A DNA stretch of 60,000 nt, taken from contig NC_087245.1 in the NCBI RefSeq assembly GCF_037042905.1, positions 17,362,001-17,422,000 of the forward strand, given 5' to 3'. Every line of letters starts with the position of its first letter. Within the stretch, counting starts at the first letter, position 1. Both the position numbers and the translations under genes were made by a program. The notes beneath the pieces are model-generated. The model ran no database searches, had not been told where the DNA came from, and saw only the letters and a list, made by a program, of their open reading frames with translations. Shown here piece after piece: positions 45,572 to 58,900 of the stretch. Origin of the DNA: Lytechinus pictus. Taxonomy: Eukaryota.

Positions 45572-46991
45572 TTAACATATTTGATTTTAGCCCTATGTGA
45601 TTTGAACATTCTAAAACTCAAAATGTGATAATTGATCCATTCAATATCCATGTTTATTATTTAATGAAATATCATTTCTTCTAGTCGAATCAAAATCATA
45701 TTAAGGAAAAGTTATTTATATTAGGAGTGGGCTATGATAAATGGGTGATATTTGGTTTTACTTTTACCTTATCTCAACATGAAATGAAAACACTTTTTTC
45801 TCGGAACCGATCGAGACAAAGAATATTGTCATTTCATGTTGAAATACATTACAAGGAATGAAAAAAAAAACTGTTACCATATCAAAACGGCAAAAAAGGG
45901 GCATTTTGACCCATGTACAGCCAACTCCTATTTATATAAAATTTTATGTAAGACGCCGACAGCGGTTAGAAAAACATGCTTGAAAATTTAAACACATTAT
46001 CATAACTGATATTTAACTACATGACCTACAATTGATTTTCGGACAAAAGAATATTTAAAAAAAATGAATATATTTCTTTTATACCCAATTTTATGTTCAT
46101 CTGGTAGGGTATCATGACAATAATACTTTAGCAAGGATATTGCGTTATGGGAGAATAAAAAAATAATTTTCTCGGAATGGTCTAAAGCGGATCTAATCAT
46201 CTAAAGCCTTTTGCAAACAAAATCTTTATGTATCGTATTATGACGGCAGCAGTTTTCAGTGCTCATAACAAAAGAGCTTATAACGTCGTTTTGTAGAGGG
46301 CGCCAATACGCTTTAGAACCGTAAGTAGCATTAAGTGATTCGATAACATATGTAAAAGGTCATATCATTTCATTTTTTCGGGGGGGGGGGGGGTGTCATA
46401 AATCATTTATTGCGGGTCATCGTGTGTTTATAACACTTGGACATACATCAACGTATCATGGGGTGGGTTTTATGGTCTGATGTAGTACATCGAAATTCAT
46501 GTAATATTCGAGAATGAAGCACTCGTCCCCATGGCATAGAACACATATCGATATCAGTGGGGAAGGAAAAAAATGCTGATGGTTTCAATTCGCTTAGGTT
46601 TTATTAATAATTTATTTTTGTGTATTTTGAAAATCTTTCATTTGACACTCAGAAAAAAATTGAATGTGTAGAATTTATTGTAGAAGTGCATTCTTAATGC
46701 ATGTTATCATCATCAATGTTATTTATACTTATGTATTGGAAGATGTCTGATATTGCGTTTTATTGTAACACTCAAGGAAAAAATAGTGTTAAATTTATGA
46801 GTTATCAAGGTATTCAGCAATTTGTAAAGACATCAAGCTTTCATTTGTTATGTCTATTTTATTTTGTATATGAATTGAAGTTGTCAATAAAAACTACCTA
46901 ATACAAAAAAAGAAGCATGCAATTTGCGCCCTCAATAGGACAATAAAAAGAAGTCACGAGAGTTATGTCCTTAGTTTCGCTCTATGATTTC

Positions 46992-47294
46992 GACCGGGCG
47001 TTGTGGCGTGCGCCTGTAATCCAGCTACATGGAGGTCGGGGTTGGTGGATCGTTTGAGAGCGGGAGTTCTGTATGTCGTCGTTCTATGGCGATCGGGCGT
47101 CCGCGCTAAGCTCGGCATCGATATGGTTACTTGGTCGGAGGATCGGGCAACCAGGTCGCCTAAGGAGGGACGTACTGGCCCAGGGCGGAAACGCAGCAGG
47201 CAAAAGTCCCCGTGTGGAGCAGTAGTGGGATAGCGCCTGTGAATAGTCGGCGGCTTGCAGCCCGTTCAACACAGTGAGACCCAATCCTTTTTTT
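46992..47294 (+). ncRNA. RN7SL: 7SL / signal recognition particle RNA gene
   Basis: 5' Alu domain GACCGGGCGTTGTGGCGTGCGCCTGTAATCCAGCTAC; CTAAGCTCGGCATCGATATGG; helix 8 GCCCAGGGCGGAAACGCAGCAGGC; AGTAGTGGGATAGCGCCTGTGAATAG; about 296 nt ending in a T7 Pol III terminator. Confidence 0.95.
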
Positions 47295-47603
47295 CTTTCT
47301 TGTCGTCAGGTTCGAGTCCGCATTGAGGTGTCTCAATCTTTTTTTTTTTTTTTTTTTTTTTTTTGGGGTGTTTTTTTTTGGGCTGTTTACATTTGATTAC
47401 ATTCCGAGTCTCCTCCCTAAGATTAATCTACTTCTTTTTTCAACCGTCACTCAATTTTCCTCTCTGGCTCTGTATGGTGTTCTTCTTTCCCCTTTCCTCA
47501 TGCAATTATCACCTTCAGTCTCTTCATTTTTAACTCCATTTGGTTCTCCACTCCAGGAAGCTAAATTTAAATTGTCTTTTTCTCACGTTGATATAGACAC
47601 TAT

Positions 47604-47915
47604 GGCCCGTATTCTGAAGTCAGGTTTAAGTTAAACTCAGGTTTAAAGTTGTGGTTTAAGTATGGACAGCCAAAAGTATCAATTTTTTTTATTAAGTTGT
47701 ACGTTTCTTATGTTTGCTGTGCTCTTTCCTGATTCATCGATGGTGAAGACAATAATCTTTATATACTTCCTAGACAATTATGAATGATTTGAGAGCCAAA
47801 TGAGCTGAAATATAATATCCCTACTGTTAGTGATTTATGTAACAATTGGCTGTCCATACTTAAACCACAACTTTAAACCTGAGTTTAAGTTAAACCCGAC
47901 TTCAGAATACGGGCC
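47604..47915. mobile_element. Harbinger-like MITE with about 70-bp TIRs
   Basis: TAT|GGCCCGTATTCTGAAGTC ... GACTTCAGAATACGGGCC|TAT. Confidence 0.9.
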
Positions 47916-48379
47916 TATGTCACTATTCCTCATCGTCTCTCTGTATCTCCCTTCCTCTCTCTCTCTCGATCTCTCTTTCTCTAGCATTAACAATAATCTA
48001 TAAGTTTTTTGTTCTCATTACAAAAAAACGGATTAGGTGCCATTCAAAGGGATCTCCCTCCCTTTTAAAAACCTCAAAGTTCATCTTAAGAAGACTTCTC
48101 TCATTTGCATATTCTCCATCAAAGCTCATGACATTTATGACAGAATTTTAAAGCTGTCATCAAATGTATCTTTATATTCTTAGAAAAATAGTTGTGTAAA
48201 TTATAGACCCATTTTCAAATGAATATCTACCCTGTTAACTTTTTATTTTATTTATCCTGTTTTGTAGTTATGTATTTGAATCATATCACATTGACAAGGA
48301 TATAGATATCATCAACCTACTTACATTTAATGCTTACACTTCCTCTCTCTCTCTAATATATATATATGCACATATGTAA

Positions 48380-48415
<36 letters not shown>

Positions 48416-48469
48416 ATATATAAAAGGAGGCAAATTTTTCGGAGGATCCGCCAGTGATATATATATATA

Positions 48470-49447
48470 CAGTGCGTATCAAAAAAAGTTTACACTTTGA
48501 AAAAGCCCTGGGAATTAAAAAATATACATGTGGGTAATTTTTTCACATATAATCTTGGGTTTGGGTCTCATCTATCTAATGAAAGTAAAAGTTTTGACAG
48601 AATGTTACACTTGAGTGAGCACTGTCCATTTTTGTAAAGCTCGCAGAAATCTGTTTGCGCAGAAATGCTTGTTTTTACGATGTGTAAAGGGGAAAGGGCG
48701 AAATCAAACTTACCCTGCAAAACAATTCTCATCCATTTCCCTTGCACTTTTAGTCAATTGAAATAAAACGGATACATTCAAGCATTTTGTAACAATTTTG
48801 CCCCCCAAATTGAAATTTCAACACTTAGTAAGCACAACCTTTACCTTTTTTGTGCCAGCTGGATCTGATGACATAACTGAATCTGAACAAAAGTTTATAT
48901 CAGACATCTCCAGCATTTTTTCACTAAGTTTGTATCATTTAAAGTGGGTTTACATTTCATTTTTCATTTAATACTTGTTTCTCCACTCTTTTCCCAAGCT
49001 TGACAATGATTAACAAAATGAAAATGAAGCCTAATCTATTTCATGTAAATCACAGCTCAGTGTAAAGCATATATCGTCACGATGGCCTTGGTGTGTGGGG
49101 GGAGTGGGGTGGGGCGCAATGCACTCTTCGAAGTGTTTTGGGCAAGGAATCAACTAAAAACAGGTACAAAATATCATCAAATCAATTTTACTAGCTAAAT
49201 TCCACGTGTTCTTCATGATTAAGGTCTACTGTTATTCGCATAACTATTTCAAAGTTCTGCGCAAATCATTTTTCACTAACTTTTCAAAAGTGGTGCTCAC
49301 TCAAGCGGAAATATTTTTTTACAGTTATATCGTCATTTGCTTCAATGGATCTGTACCAATGTTAAAATGTGGAAAAATCTTCAGGATATTACAAATATAT
49401 AATTTTACAGGATTTTTTCTAAGTGTAATTTTTTTTTATACGCACTG
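48470..49447. mobile_element. Tc1/mariner-like non-autonomous element next to a (TA)n tract
   Basis: TA|CAGTGCGTATCAAAAAAAGTTTACACTT ... AAGTGTAATTTTTTTTTATACGCACTG|TA; no transposase ORF. Confidence 0.85.
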
Positions 49448-50171
49448 TATAATGTAATTCAGGCTTTTATAAGTTATGTTTTTATGAGTTACAACGATCT
49501 CTCTGTCTCTTTCAAAGAAATGTATTTGTCAAAGCTATAAAAATTTTACACACGTTTGAGAACTGAAAAAATGTTGTGTCATGTTCAATGTTACATATTT
49601 TTTTTTTGTGTAATGAAAAGACACATATGCCTATGTCTGAAAATTTGTATGGATAATTTAAGAGCACTCTTAATGCTTTCAGTCTCTCTTTCTAAACAAG
49701 TGGAATGCCCCTGGCAGTCTCGCCTGCATTATGCAATTTGATATAACAGCAGTGCTGACTTTGAAAACAGCTATTAAATAATTATTCACAAAAGAAAACA
49801 GTCATATGATAATAAAATACTATGTCCATTGATCCAACATGAACTTTGACCATGATCATGTGACCTAATATATGTGCAAAACAATCATTCATACTTGATT
49901 ACCCTTACATCTATGTTTCAAGAAAGTCATGTGTAGATCCATAAACTTTTTAAGTTATGATGCCAATCCAACAAATACCCCCAACATGGCCAAAGTTCAT
50001 TGACCCTAAATGACCTTTGATTTTGGTCATGTGACCTGAAACATGCACAAGATATTCAGAGATACATGGTTACTCTTATGTCCAAGTTTTACGAACTAAA
50101 TCTATTAACTTTTAAAGTTATGATCACAATTCCACAAACACCCCTAACATTATCAAAGTTTTTTTACCCTA

Positions 50172-50461
50172 TTAATAATTGGCATTTATATAGCGCTTTA
50201 TCAATCTATGACTGTTCAAAGCGCTTCACAATTATTATTACCCGGTCACTGGATTCATAGCATTTCAAGCAGTCTGTTAGCCACACATTTGCTAAACCAA
50301 CCACAATGATGGTTGTTTCCTAACGGTACCCAATTAGCACCTGGGTGAGAGTGGCAATGTGGATTGACGCCTTGCCAAAGGGCGCTAGGCCATGGTGGGA
50401 TTCGAACACACAACCCTCTGATTACAAGGCGAGAGTCAGAACCGCTACACCACGGCGCTTC
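50172..50461 (-). mobile_element. tRNA-derived SINE nested in the HINE-like element
   Basis: Head nearly identical to 38690-38816; tail AAAGCGCTATATAAATGCC. Confidence 0.85.
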
Positions 50462-50482
50462 TAAATGACCTTTGACCTTGCC

Positions 50483-50798
50483 CATGGGCGGAAATCTGTC
50501 CCTAAAGGTAGGGGGGACAAGGGCCTGGAAAATTTTACAAGCAAAAAAAAAAAAAAAAAAGTTTCCCCCCAAAATGTAAGGTAATTTTAATAACAAAAAT
50601 TGACAAGCAAAAAAAAAAAAAGGTTTTCACCAAAAAAGTAAGGTCATTTAGTCCAAAATACATGTATTATTGCGATTGTGATGTAATGTATTTTGCTCCA
50701 TCATAAGATACCAAAAATAGTGGGGGGGACATTTGATATTATGTCCCCCTACTATTTTGGGTAGGGGGGACGCGTCCCCCCTGGGATTTCCGCCCATG
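50483..50798. mobile_element. Short-TIR element nested in the HINE-like element
   Basis: CATGGGCGGAAATC ... GATTTCCGCCCATG; splits the host motif TGACCTTG|GTCATGTGACC. Confidence 0.8.
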
Positions 50799-51771
50799 GT
50801 CATGTGACCTGAAACTCGCACAGGATGTTCAGGGATACTTAATTGCTCTTACGTCTAAGTTTCAAGAACTAGATCCATAAAATTTCAAAGTTATGACAAT
50901 TCCACAAATACCCCCAACATGGTCAAAGTTCGTTGACCCTAAGTGACCTTGACCTTGGTCATGTGACCTGAAACTAAGGCAGGATTTTCAGTGATACATT
51001 ATCACCCTTTATGTCCAAGTTTCATGAACTAGGTCCATATACTTTCTAAGTTATGATGACATTTCAAAAACTTAACCTTGGTTAAGATTTCATAGTTGAA
51101 GACGCCGTCGCTGCGGCGCCTATAATCTCGCTCTGCTATGCAGGCAAGACAAAAAGGGGGTTATCAAGAGGCATATATCACATTCAAGTATCAAACAATA
51201 ATATTAAAAAAACAGAATACAGATTCAAAAGAAATAAAACAGATGAGACAAAGTGAACAGTGAAGAGTATTTACAATTATATCAAATGGGATGTTGATAT
51301 TGACATAGATCTCGTTAATATCTAATGAAAGCAAAACAATAGAACAGCATGCCAATGAAAATTTGGCAGTCATCAAAAGCTAATGATTTAAAAATCTTTA
51401 CGCTTATCCACTGGCTAGCTTCTTTTCAATATATGTTGTGCAATGTGCATTAAAATTAAAAATTCCTTTTTTCCCAAATCAGAAGTCTAAATGTTTTAGC
51501 ATTCAAATATCTATTCATTGATCGTGAAAAGAAATTAAAAATAGATTCACAGCAAGGAGAGAACCTTGCAGCCTTGCAAATTATGTCACAAAGTTAGAAC
51601 TGAAAATTTATAATTATGTATTAATCTATTAATATACTTTTGATGAACTTTTGCTGAACCTTCATAGATATGTTTCTCTCATGTGAATGTTCTTATAAAA
51701 AATCAAAACCATGTTGATATTAGGGTGGATATCACTTTGAAATTCTGATATTGGAAATATCAGTCATCAGC

Positions 51772-53654
51772 GGTTACACTTCGTGATTCCAAAGATTCGT
51801 TATTCCGAAGGTTCGTTATTCCGAAGGTTCGTAATTCCGAAACACGTTAATTGCCTTTACCGGTACCTCAATGTTTGTTAATCCGAAAACGAAAAAGGGT
51901 TTGTAAATCCAAACATTTGTGGCATTATTCCAACGATTCGTTATTCCGAAGGTTCGTCAGTCCGAAAAAGAAATAAGGTTTGTTGTTCCCAAGGTTCGTT
52001 AGTCCGAAAACGAAATAAGATTCGTTGTTCCGAAGGATCGTTAATCCGAAAACGAAATAAGGTTCGTTGTTCCGAAGGTTCGTTAATCCGAAACGAAATA
52101 AGGTTCATTTTTCTGAAGGTTCGATAATCCGAAAACAAAATAAGGTTCTTTATTCCGAACGTTCGTTAATCTGAAAAATGAAATAATCTGTGGCGAAGCC
52201 GCGAAAACCGGAAGGGTAAGCGTGGTGAAGGGGGGGAGGAAAAACACCATTGCTGGTCAATTGTTATGAGGATGGGGAGGCAAAAAGAAGGGCGGCGAGC
52301 AAAATAGAGTAATTAAGTAGAGCAAAGCCCTTTTGAAGTGATTTCTGATTATGGTAAGATATATATTTAGGTTTTATTTTTCGCAAGAGAGTGTAGCAAG
52401 CGAGCGTTATGGAAAAAATTTCAAAGCTGATGTAAAACTTGTTTTTTGGTCAACTGTCAATAGAGCATCATTGGAAGGGGTTGCTAGCGTGAATCGCAAG
52501 CTCAAACTTTTTGAAATTTCAAAAGAAATGAAAATAGAACATTCTGAGCAGTTTTTGCAATCATTAAAAAGATGTGCAACTAACTGAAGAATTAACACGA
52601 GCGCGAAGTGCGAGCTGAAATATACTGACCAGAAAAGGAACCTGTAAAGGACTGCGTTTAGTGACTCATGAATAGGATACATCGAATAATGCGAGTGCGA
52701 AGCGCGAGCTAAAAAGATATTCCAGTCTGAAAACTGGACATTCTAAGCCTCTTATAACTGGAAACAATAAATGATAACAATTACCAAAAAACTTGTGATT
52801 TTCTAATCTAAAATGTATACTTTAAAAAGGGTATTTCATTTCGAAAAGGGCACATTTCATTTTGGAAAAAACAAGGGAATTTCCCATTTTGGAAAAATAG
52901 TATTTCGTTCCTACGGGATTATTGGGGGGTGCAAGTTTAAGAATAAATAAATGTACATGATACAAAGGCACAAGGACCAAACTGAACATGTTTACGATAA
53001 GTACAACTTAAAACACAGACTACAGAACATCAAACAAATAAAATATAAATGCATTCAACAAGAAAAATACTATTAACGAAAACCAGTATAAGAGCAGATA
53101 TAAGTTATCATATCAAATATCGATAGGGGCATGTTGATGCTTTTTGAAATTGTTTTGTCAAAGTTCAAAATGCATACTAAACGAAACATTCTTGATTAAA
53201 TGTTTACTCATTTTACTACTCATAAACTGATAAAAATCGCTCTGCGCAGGGTGGGGGTTGATTGTTTGGACAAGAATAGGGGTGATAAAGACCCCTTTTT
53301 TGTTTTTTTTACATTTTCGGACTAACGAACCTTCGGAATTACGAACCTCATTTTGTTTTCGGAATAACTAACCTTCGGAATTTCAAAACGTATTTCGTTT
53401 TCGGACTAACGAACCTTCGGAATTACGAACCTCATTTCGTTTTCGGACTAACGAACCTTCAGAATTACGAACCTTATTTCGTTTTTGGACCAACAAACCT
53501 TTGGAATTACGAACCTCATTTCGTTTTCGGACTAATGAACCTTCGGAATTATGAACCTTATTTCGTTTTCGGGACTAACGAACCTTCCAAATTACGGACC
53601 TTTGGAATTACAAACCTTCAGAATTACGAAGCGTTGGAATTACGAATGTATGCG
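51772..53654. mobile_element. Foldback/MULE-like element with modular tandem-repeat arms and 9-bp TSD
   Basis: GTCATCAGC at 51763-51771 and 53655-53663; left arm arrays of TTCCGAAGGTTCGTTA.TCCGAAAACGAAATAAGG; right arm is the reverse complement. Confidence 0.88.
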
Positions 53655-54924
53655 GTCATCAGCTACATGTAGGTCCATTGAGGGAGACGGGTATGTATCC
53701 TGCCTGAAATATTTAAAACTACATTTATAACATCTGCTGCTTGCACCAGAGAGAATGTTCAAATAAAAGCTACATTTCTAACACACATGTATCGTTTTGG
53801 AAGAATATTCAAGGCGCCTTAACATTTGACATTCACCGTTATTCAAGAATTATTATTCCCTAAATAATATGTAAAGGTAAGTCTCAACTTTCAACTGATG
53901 ATATATATGGGTAAAATTAATTAGAATACATTGCACTGTTCATTATATTAACAGCAATTCTTATCTCAAAGAAAACTTATGCTAAGACACAAATTGTTAA
54001 TTGTACAATTTAGTGATCATATATATGAACCTGTGTGGTAGATATAATGGAAATATGTTTGATACAACAAATTCTAATCACTTGTTACAAATCAAAATGC
54101 ATAGATGTCTTATGAAACCTTCATCACACAATTAGCTAAAAAATAATGAGGTTAAAAGTCGTACATAGTGTTATGTTCAAGAAAATGTTTCTTTTCTTTT
54201 AAATGCTTGCATTCCCTATGTTTACTCCTCTTTAAACTATTTTCTTTGAAAATCTATGACAAAATACTATTAGTTTGTAAAGGAAATGTAGAAAATTACC
54301 AATCATATTATTCTGATATACATGTACATGTACTGCATTATCTGCATAACCATGGGAGATGTTGCATGATATGTCACAGAGTAGACATATTCTGTGTGAG
54401 TGCATCTAAAATTTTCTGTTTTCATTCTTATTCAAAAATGATTTTTTTTTTTCAAAATTAATAATCCCTTGCTTTTATTATCAATAATATTAACTAGAAA
54501 TATCAGTGAAGGTAACACCCATTTCCTATCAAGACAGCCTCAAGTGATGAACATACCTGTACATAATATATCTTTATTATGATTGGAAATGCATTAACGG
54601 ACCCGTTTAAGAAATGTGGCTTTCTCATTTACTATGTGTGTGCCCTGTCTTATGATTGGGTGGAAACTAAGGAAATAGTTTGCTCAACCAGATTTTTGCT
54701 ATTTACCACCATGTATTCTGTTACCATGGCAAAGCGAGGCCTTACACATTTAATAAGATGTGTCCTCACTTCAGCATAGGGCGTAAACCGAGGAAGTAGT
54801 TAGATCCGCAAGATTTGCAATGGAGCAAGCGACCAAACCCAACAGACCAACTGTGTATATCAATTCTTATGCACATCCTTCAAACTGTGTTTATATTGCC
54901 CAGTCATGTACACTACCTTCTCCA

Positions 54925-55120
54925 CTCCCTAAGGAGCTCATATTGTTAAGCAAACTATAATGATTTTTGGATCCTACTGGGTACCCATTTAAAACCTGGA
55001 TGGAGCGTGGCAAACAGTAGACTGGCATATTGCTGAAGGACAGTGCCACAGCGGAATTCGAACACATGCCCCTGTACTTTCAAGGGGAGAGTCACACAAC
55101 CATTAGGATGTGAAGACTCC
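54925..55120 (-). mobile_element. Degenerate SINE fragment
   Basis: GGGTACCCATTT...CCTGGATGGAGCGTGGCAAA...GGAATTCGAACAC matches the other SINE cores. Confidence 0.65.
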
Positions 55121-55199
55121 TTACAACCAGTTGCTTTTGTCAAATTGAATTCAACACTATGATGGACTTCCTGGTTAACTGGTAAAGAACATACAGTCA

Positions 55200-55356
55200 A
55201 GGCCCCGTAACACAAAGGTTAGCGATTAATCGCTAATTTGAGAGAGCAATTCTGATTGGTTCCAGCAAGTCTAATGAGCAAAATGCGCATGCAACGATGA
55301 TCTTGATAGGCCATTTTATTTAGCGATTAATCGCCAATCTTTGAGTTACGGGGCCC
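55200..55356. mobile_element. Harbinger-like MITE
   Basis: GGCCCCGTAACACAAAGGTTAGCGATTAATCGC / GCGATTAATCGCCAATCTTTGAGTTACGGGGCC. Confidence 0.8.
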
Positions 55357-55924
55357 TGATCTCAATTAAGTTTGGCCCCATTGTTGATCGATGCCCATCC
55401 ATATAATTGAGTTGGTCACATATACAGGTACACCAATAGGGTACCAATGTTACAAAATTTATAAATGATTGTTTAATTAATTTTGAAAAAAGTTTAATTT
55501 ATCAGAAGAATCTCAACAGTGTGTTGTTAATCACAATATTTCAGCGATCATGCTACTTGTCTACTGTGATGCATTATAACAAAAGAACCATAAAGGCATG
55601 TATATTACACATTTTGTTGAAAGACTTAGATTTATGTAACAAAAATATATTCAAATTCAGCCATCACAATATCAACGTTGTATTGTTGATCACATAGCCA
55701 TTAAATTCTATGTTATGATCAACATAATCCTCCATTACTTCAACATACACTTCTTTGGGGTGACTTCAAAAGAACCAATTGGCATGTTCCACTCATGAAA
55801 ACCTTATTTCTAACAAACAATTATAAAATAACTATAAAGAATTATCAAGGTATCAAAATTATTGCATAATTATGTTTCAAATATGAAGTAGTTGTAATAA
55901 GAAATCTGATACCATATGACTGTG

Positions 55925-58900
55925 TCACCTTGTCCCAAGGCTAGATTTTGTCATCACTTCTTGAAGAATATCGGTAAACATTCGGGTGATTCCCTCTCCA
56001 CTGAAAGCTGAAGTCTCATAGTATCTGTGAAAGAAAAACACAAGAAAATGTACTCTCTCAACAGTTTTTACCCTCTACAACACCATGGGCAGCAAATCTC
56101 ACCTAATGATTTTGAGTCATGAACATCATTCTGCTTAGGTTTATAATAGGCCTGAGTCAGTACTGCTGAAACACCTGAATCCACCCAATGCAATTGGATT
56201 CTTGCAACGTTTTTCCCACTTGGCATTTCAACAAAAAGATTGACCACAGCGCAATTCATGCTTATGAATTCTATCTGACAATAAAATATTTAATTCTAGC
56301 ATTCTCACAATAATGAAAATTCAAATTCAACCTGAAATTCAACTATGGAAGAATGTCATACCTCTTCATTTCCAGAGTAGGAAATATCAAGAGGGTGTTG
56401 CCTATGGCCACAAATATATTGAAAGTATAGAAATTGCTACTTTTGCCTGAAAAGTGGCATCCCTTGGCTTAACCCTAAATTACCTGGGCTATTTTGTGAG
56501 CTTGAAGTTCTAGAAGGGCCCTTTCAGGCCCCCTTAATATCTCGGCTGCGGAGGTAAAAAGTAAAAAGGAAAAGTTGGCAAGCGTTGCGGTCAAAAAAAT
56601 TCACACAGTGGATATATCACAAATTTTTTTTAAAGGGGACTGAAAAGGCCCCCCCCCCCCGGTAAGTTAGGGTTAATAATGAGGATTATGTTGATACTTA
56701 CTTGACTTTCTTACCAGTTGCCCATCGCATCGCTTCATCTGACTGGACAACACGCTTTGCTTTAATATCAATCTAAACAAACAAATAGAAAATAAACTCA
56801 AAAAGGCATACTGCATCTAAAAAGTTTTTATAAATACAATACAAAATGTATACAGTTCCTCTCAGTTAACACACTATACCCTAACACTCAGACAATGGAA
56901 AATGAGTATGATAGTAAAAACAAACTATGTTTAACCACAATTCTATGGAATGCTGGGCTTTAAAATAGTTTTTCCATATTCATGGCAATTATATTATAAT
57001 GTATCAAATATCAATTAATTCATTAAATTCATATTTTTCTATGTTCTTATTCTTTGCATCTGTATCAATCAACTTTTTGCAGGATATATTTATAATTATA
57101 ATTATAATTATAATTAGTGAATGAGTTGACAACTGGCACTCAATATAAATGTGGTCTAACTTAAAGGAGAATGAAACTCTTGGAGCAAGTTAGCTTTTGT
57201 GAAAGCAGAAAAATCAAAGAATAAGATCAACAAAAGTTTGAGTAAAATAGGACTAGCAATAGAAGAGTTATGAGCATTTGAATGTCGAGATCACTAATGC
57301 TATGGAGATCCTCCTATTGGCAATGCGACCAAGATCTATGATGTCACAGATGAACAACTCTCCCCTTTTGGACACTGAAAATATACCCCAAAACATCTCT
57401 TTTTGCTCATTCTAATCATATGACAAACGATTCATCAATGATATAATGTTGTGAAACCTCTGTACTTGTCCTCTCATAAAGAGAACACCTCACATTGTGA
57501 TAGACTCTATAAAAGTGAGAATATAAGTGAAATAAGTACTAAAGTAATGAGGGAGTTGTACGTGTGTGACATCACAGATCTTGGTCGCATTGCCAATGGG
57601 AGGATCTACATGGCATTAGTGATCTCAATATTCAAATGCTCATAACTTTCTTATTATTCATTCAATCTTCCTCAAACTTTCAACAATGTTTCTTTGATTT
57701 TTCTCTTTGATATGGATTCAGCTGGTTTCAAGGGTTTCATTCTCCTTTAACACAGGTTAAAGGGGCTTTCACAAATCGCTCTTGCGATCATTTGTGATCA
57801 TTTGGTCACAATATATGTAGCACACAATCGCAACAGTTGTAAGCAGTCAATCCACCAATTGTGAAAGGGGCTTTGACTAAACCATGGCTATCAGAATACC
57901 ACCCATTGGCCCAAACTATTAAAACAAAGGTGGTTTTTAAAACCATCAGTTGAACCCATGGTTTATGCAAATTTCTTATATAATTATAAATTACGCTTAT
58001 TTACTGCGTATATAAAAAAAGGTCCGATGCTAATGCACGCTTTTATCAGTGTGCCAAATTGACGCCTGTTGCCATGGTTAAGTACGCTAAATATTCACCA
58101 GTCCACTGTTTTTAATTAATGGTTCAAATACACAAAGGTGGTTTTTAAAATCATCGGTTTAACCCATGGTTTATGTAAATTTCCTGTATAAATTACGCTT
58201 ATTTACCGCATGTATTAAGAAAAGTTCAATGCTGATGCACGATTTTTTGTCACAGTGAACCAAACTGACGCCTGTTGCCATGGTTAAGTACGCTATTTAA
58301 TTCACGAGTCCACTGTTTTAAATTAATGGTTCGATTTCACAAAGGTGGTTTTAAAAACCATCGGTTGAACCCATGGTTTATGCAGATTTCCTGTATAAAT
58401 TACGCTTATTTACCACGTATATTAAAAAATGTCAAATGCTGATGCGCGATTTTGTCACAGTGCACCAAATTGACCCCTGTTGCCATGGTTAAGTACGCTA
58501 TTTAATTCACGAGTCCACTGTTTTAAATTAATGGTTCGATTTCACAAAGATGGTTTTAAAAACCATCGGTTGAACCCATGGTTTATGCAGATTTCCTGTA
58601 TAAATTACGCTTATTTACCACGTATATTAAAAAATGTCAAATGCTGATGCGCGATTTTGTCACAGTGCACCAAATTGACCCCTGTTGCCATGGTTAAATA
58701 TGCTATTCTATTCAGGAGTCCTCTGTTTGAAGAGTGGACTCATTAATTCAAAACATTGGACTCATGAATAAAATAATGTGGATAACAAAACAAAGGCAAC
58801 AGGCATCAATTTTGTGCACTGTGACAAAAGCGTGCATCAGCATTGGACATTTTTAATATACGCGATAAGTAAGCATAATTTATACAGGAAATCTGCATAA

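Larger units (their letters stand above)
49695..51155 (-). mobile_element. Helentron-associated (HINE/DINE-1-like) element with internal ~160-170-bp tandem repeats and two nested insertions
   Basis: Subterminal inverted repeats GTCTCGCCTGCAT (49717-49729) and ATGCAGGCAAGAC (51138-51150); minus-strand 3' end CTTGTT; T-rich insertion site, no TSD. Confidence 0.72.

Noticed and set aside
46992..47294. Alu element or primate contamination
   Set aside because: Contains the full S domain, is monomeric, lacks a poly(A) tail and diverges from human 7SL with compensatory pairing; a native SRP RNA gene.
51790..52190. Regularly spaced repeats resembling a CRISPR array (also 53315-53650)
   Set aside because: No unique spacers, no cas genes, eukaryotic context; they are the inverted arms of a foldback element with a 9-bp TSD.
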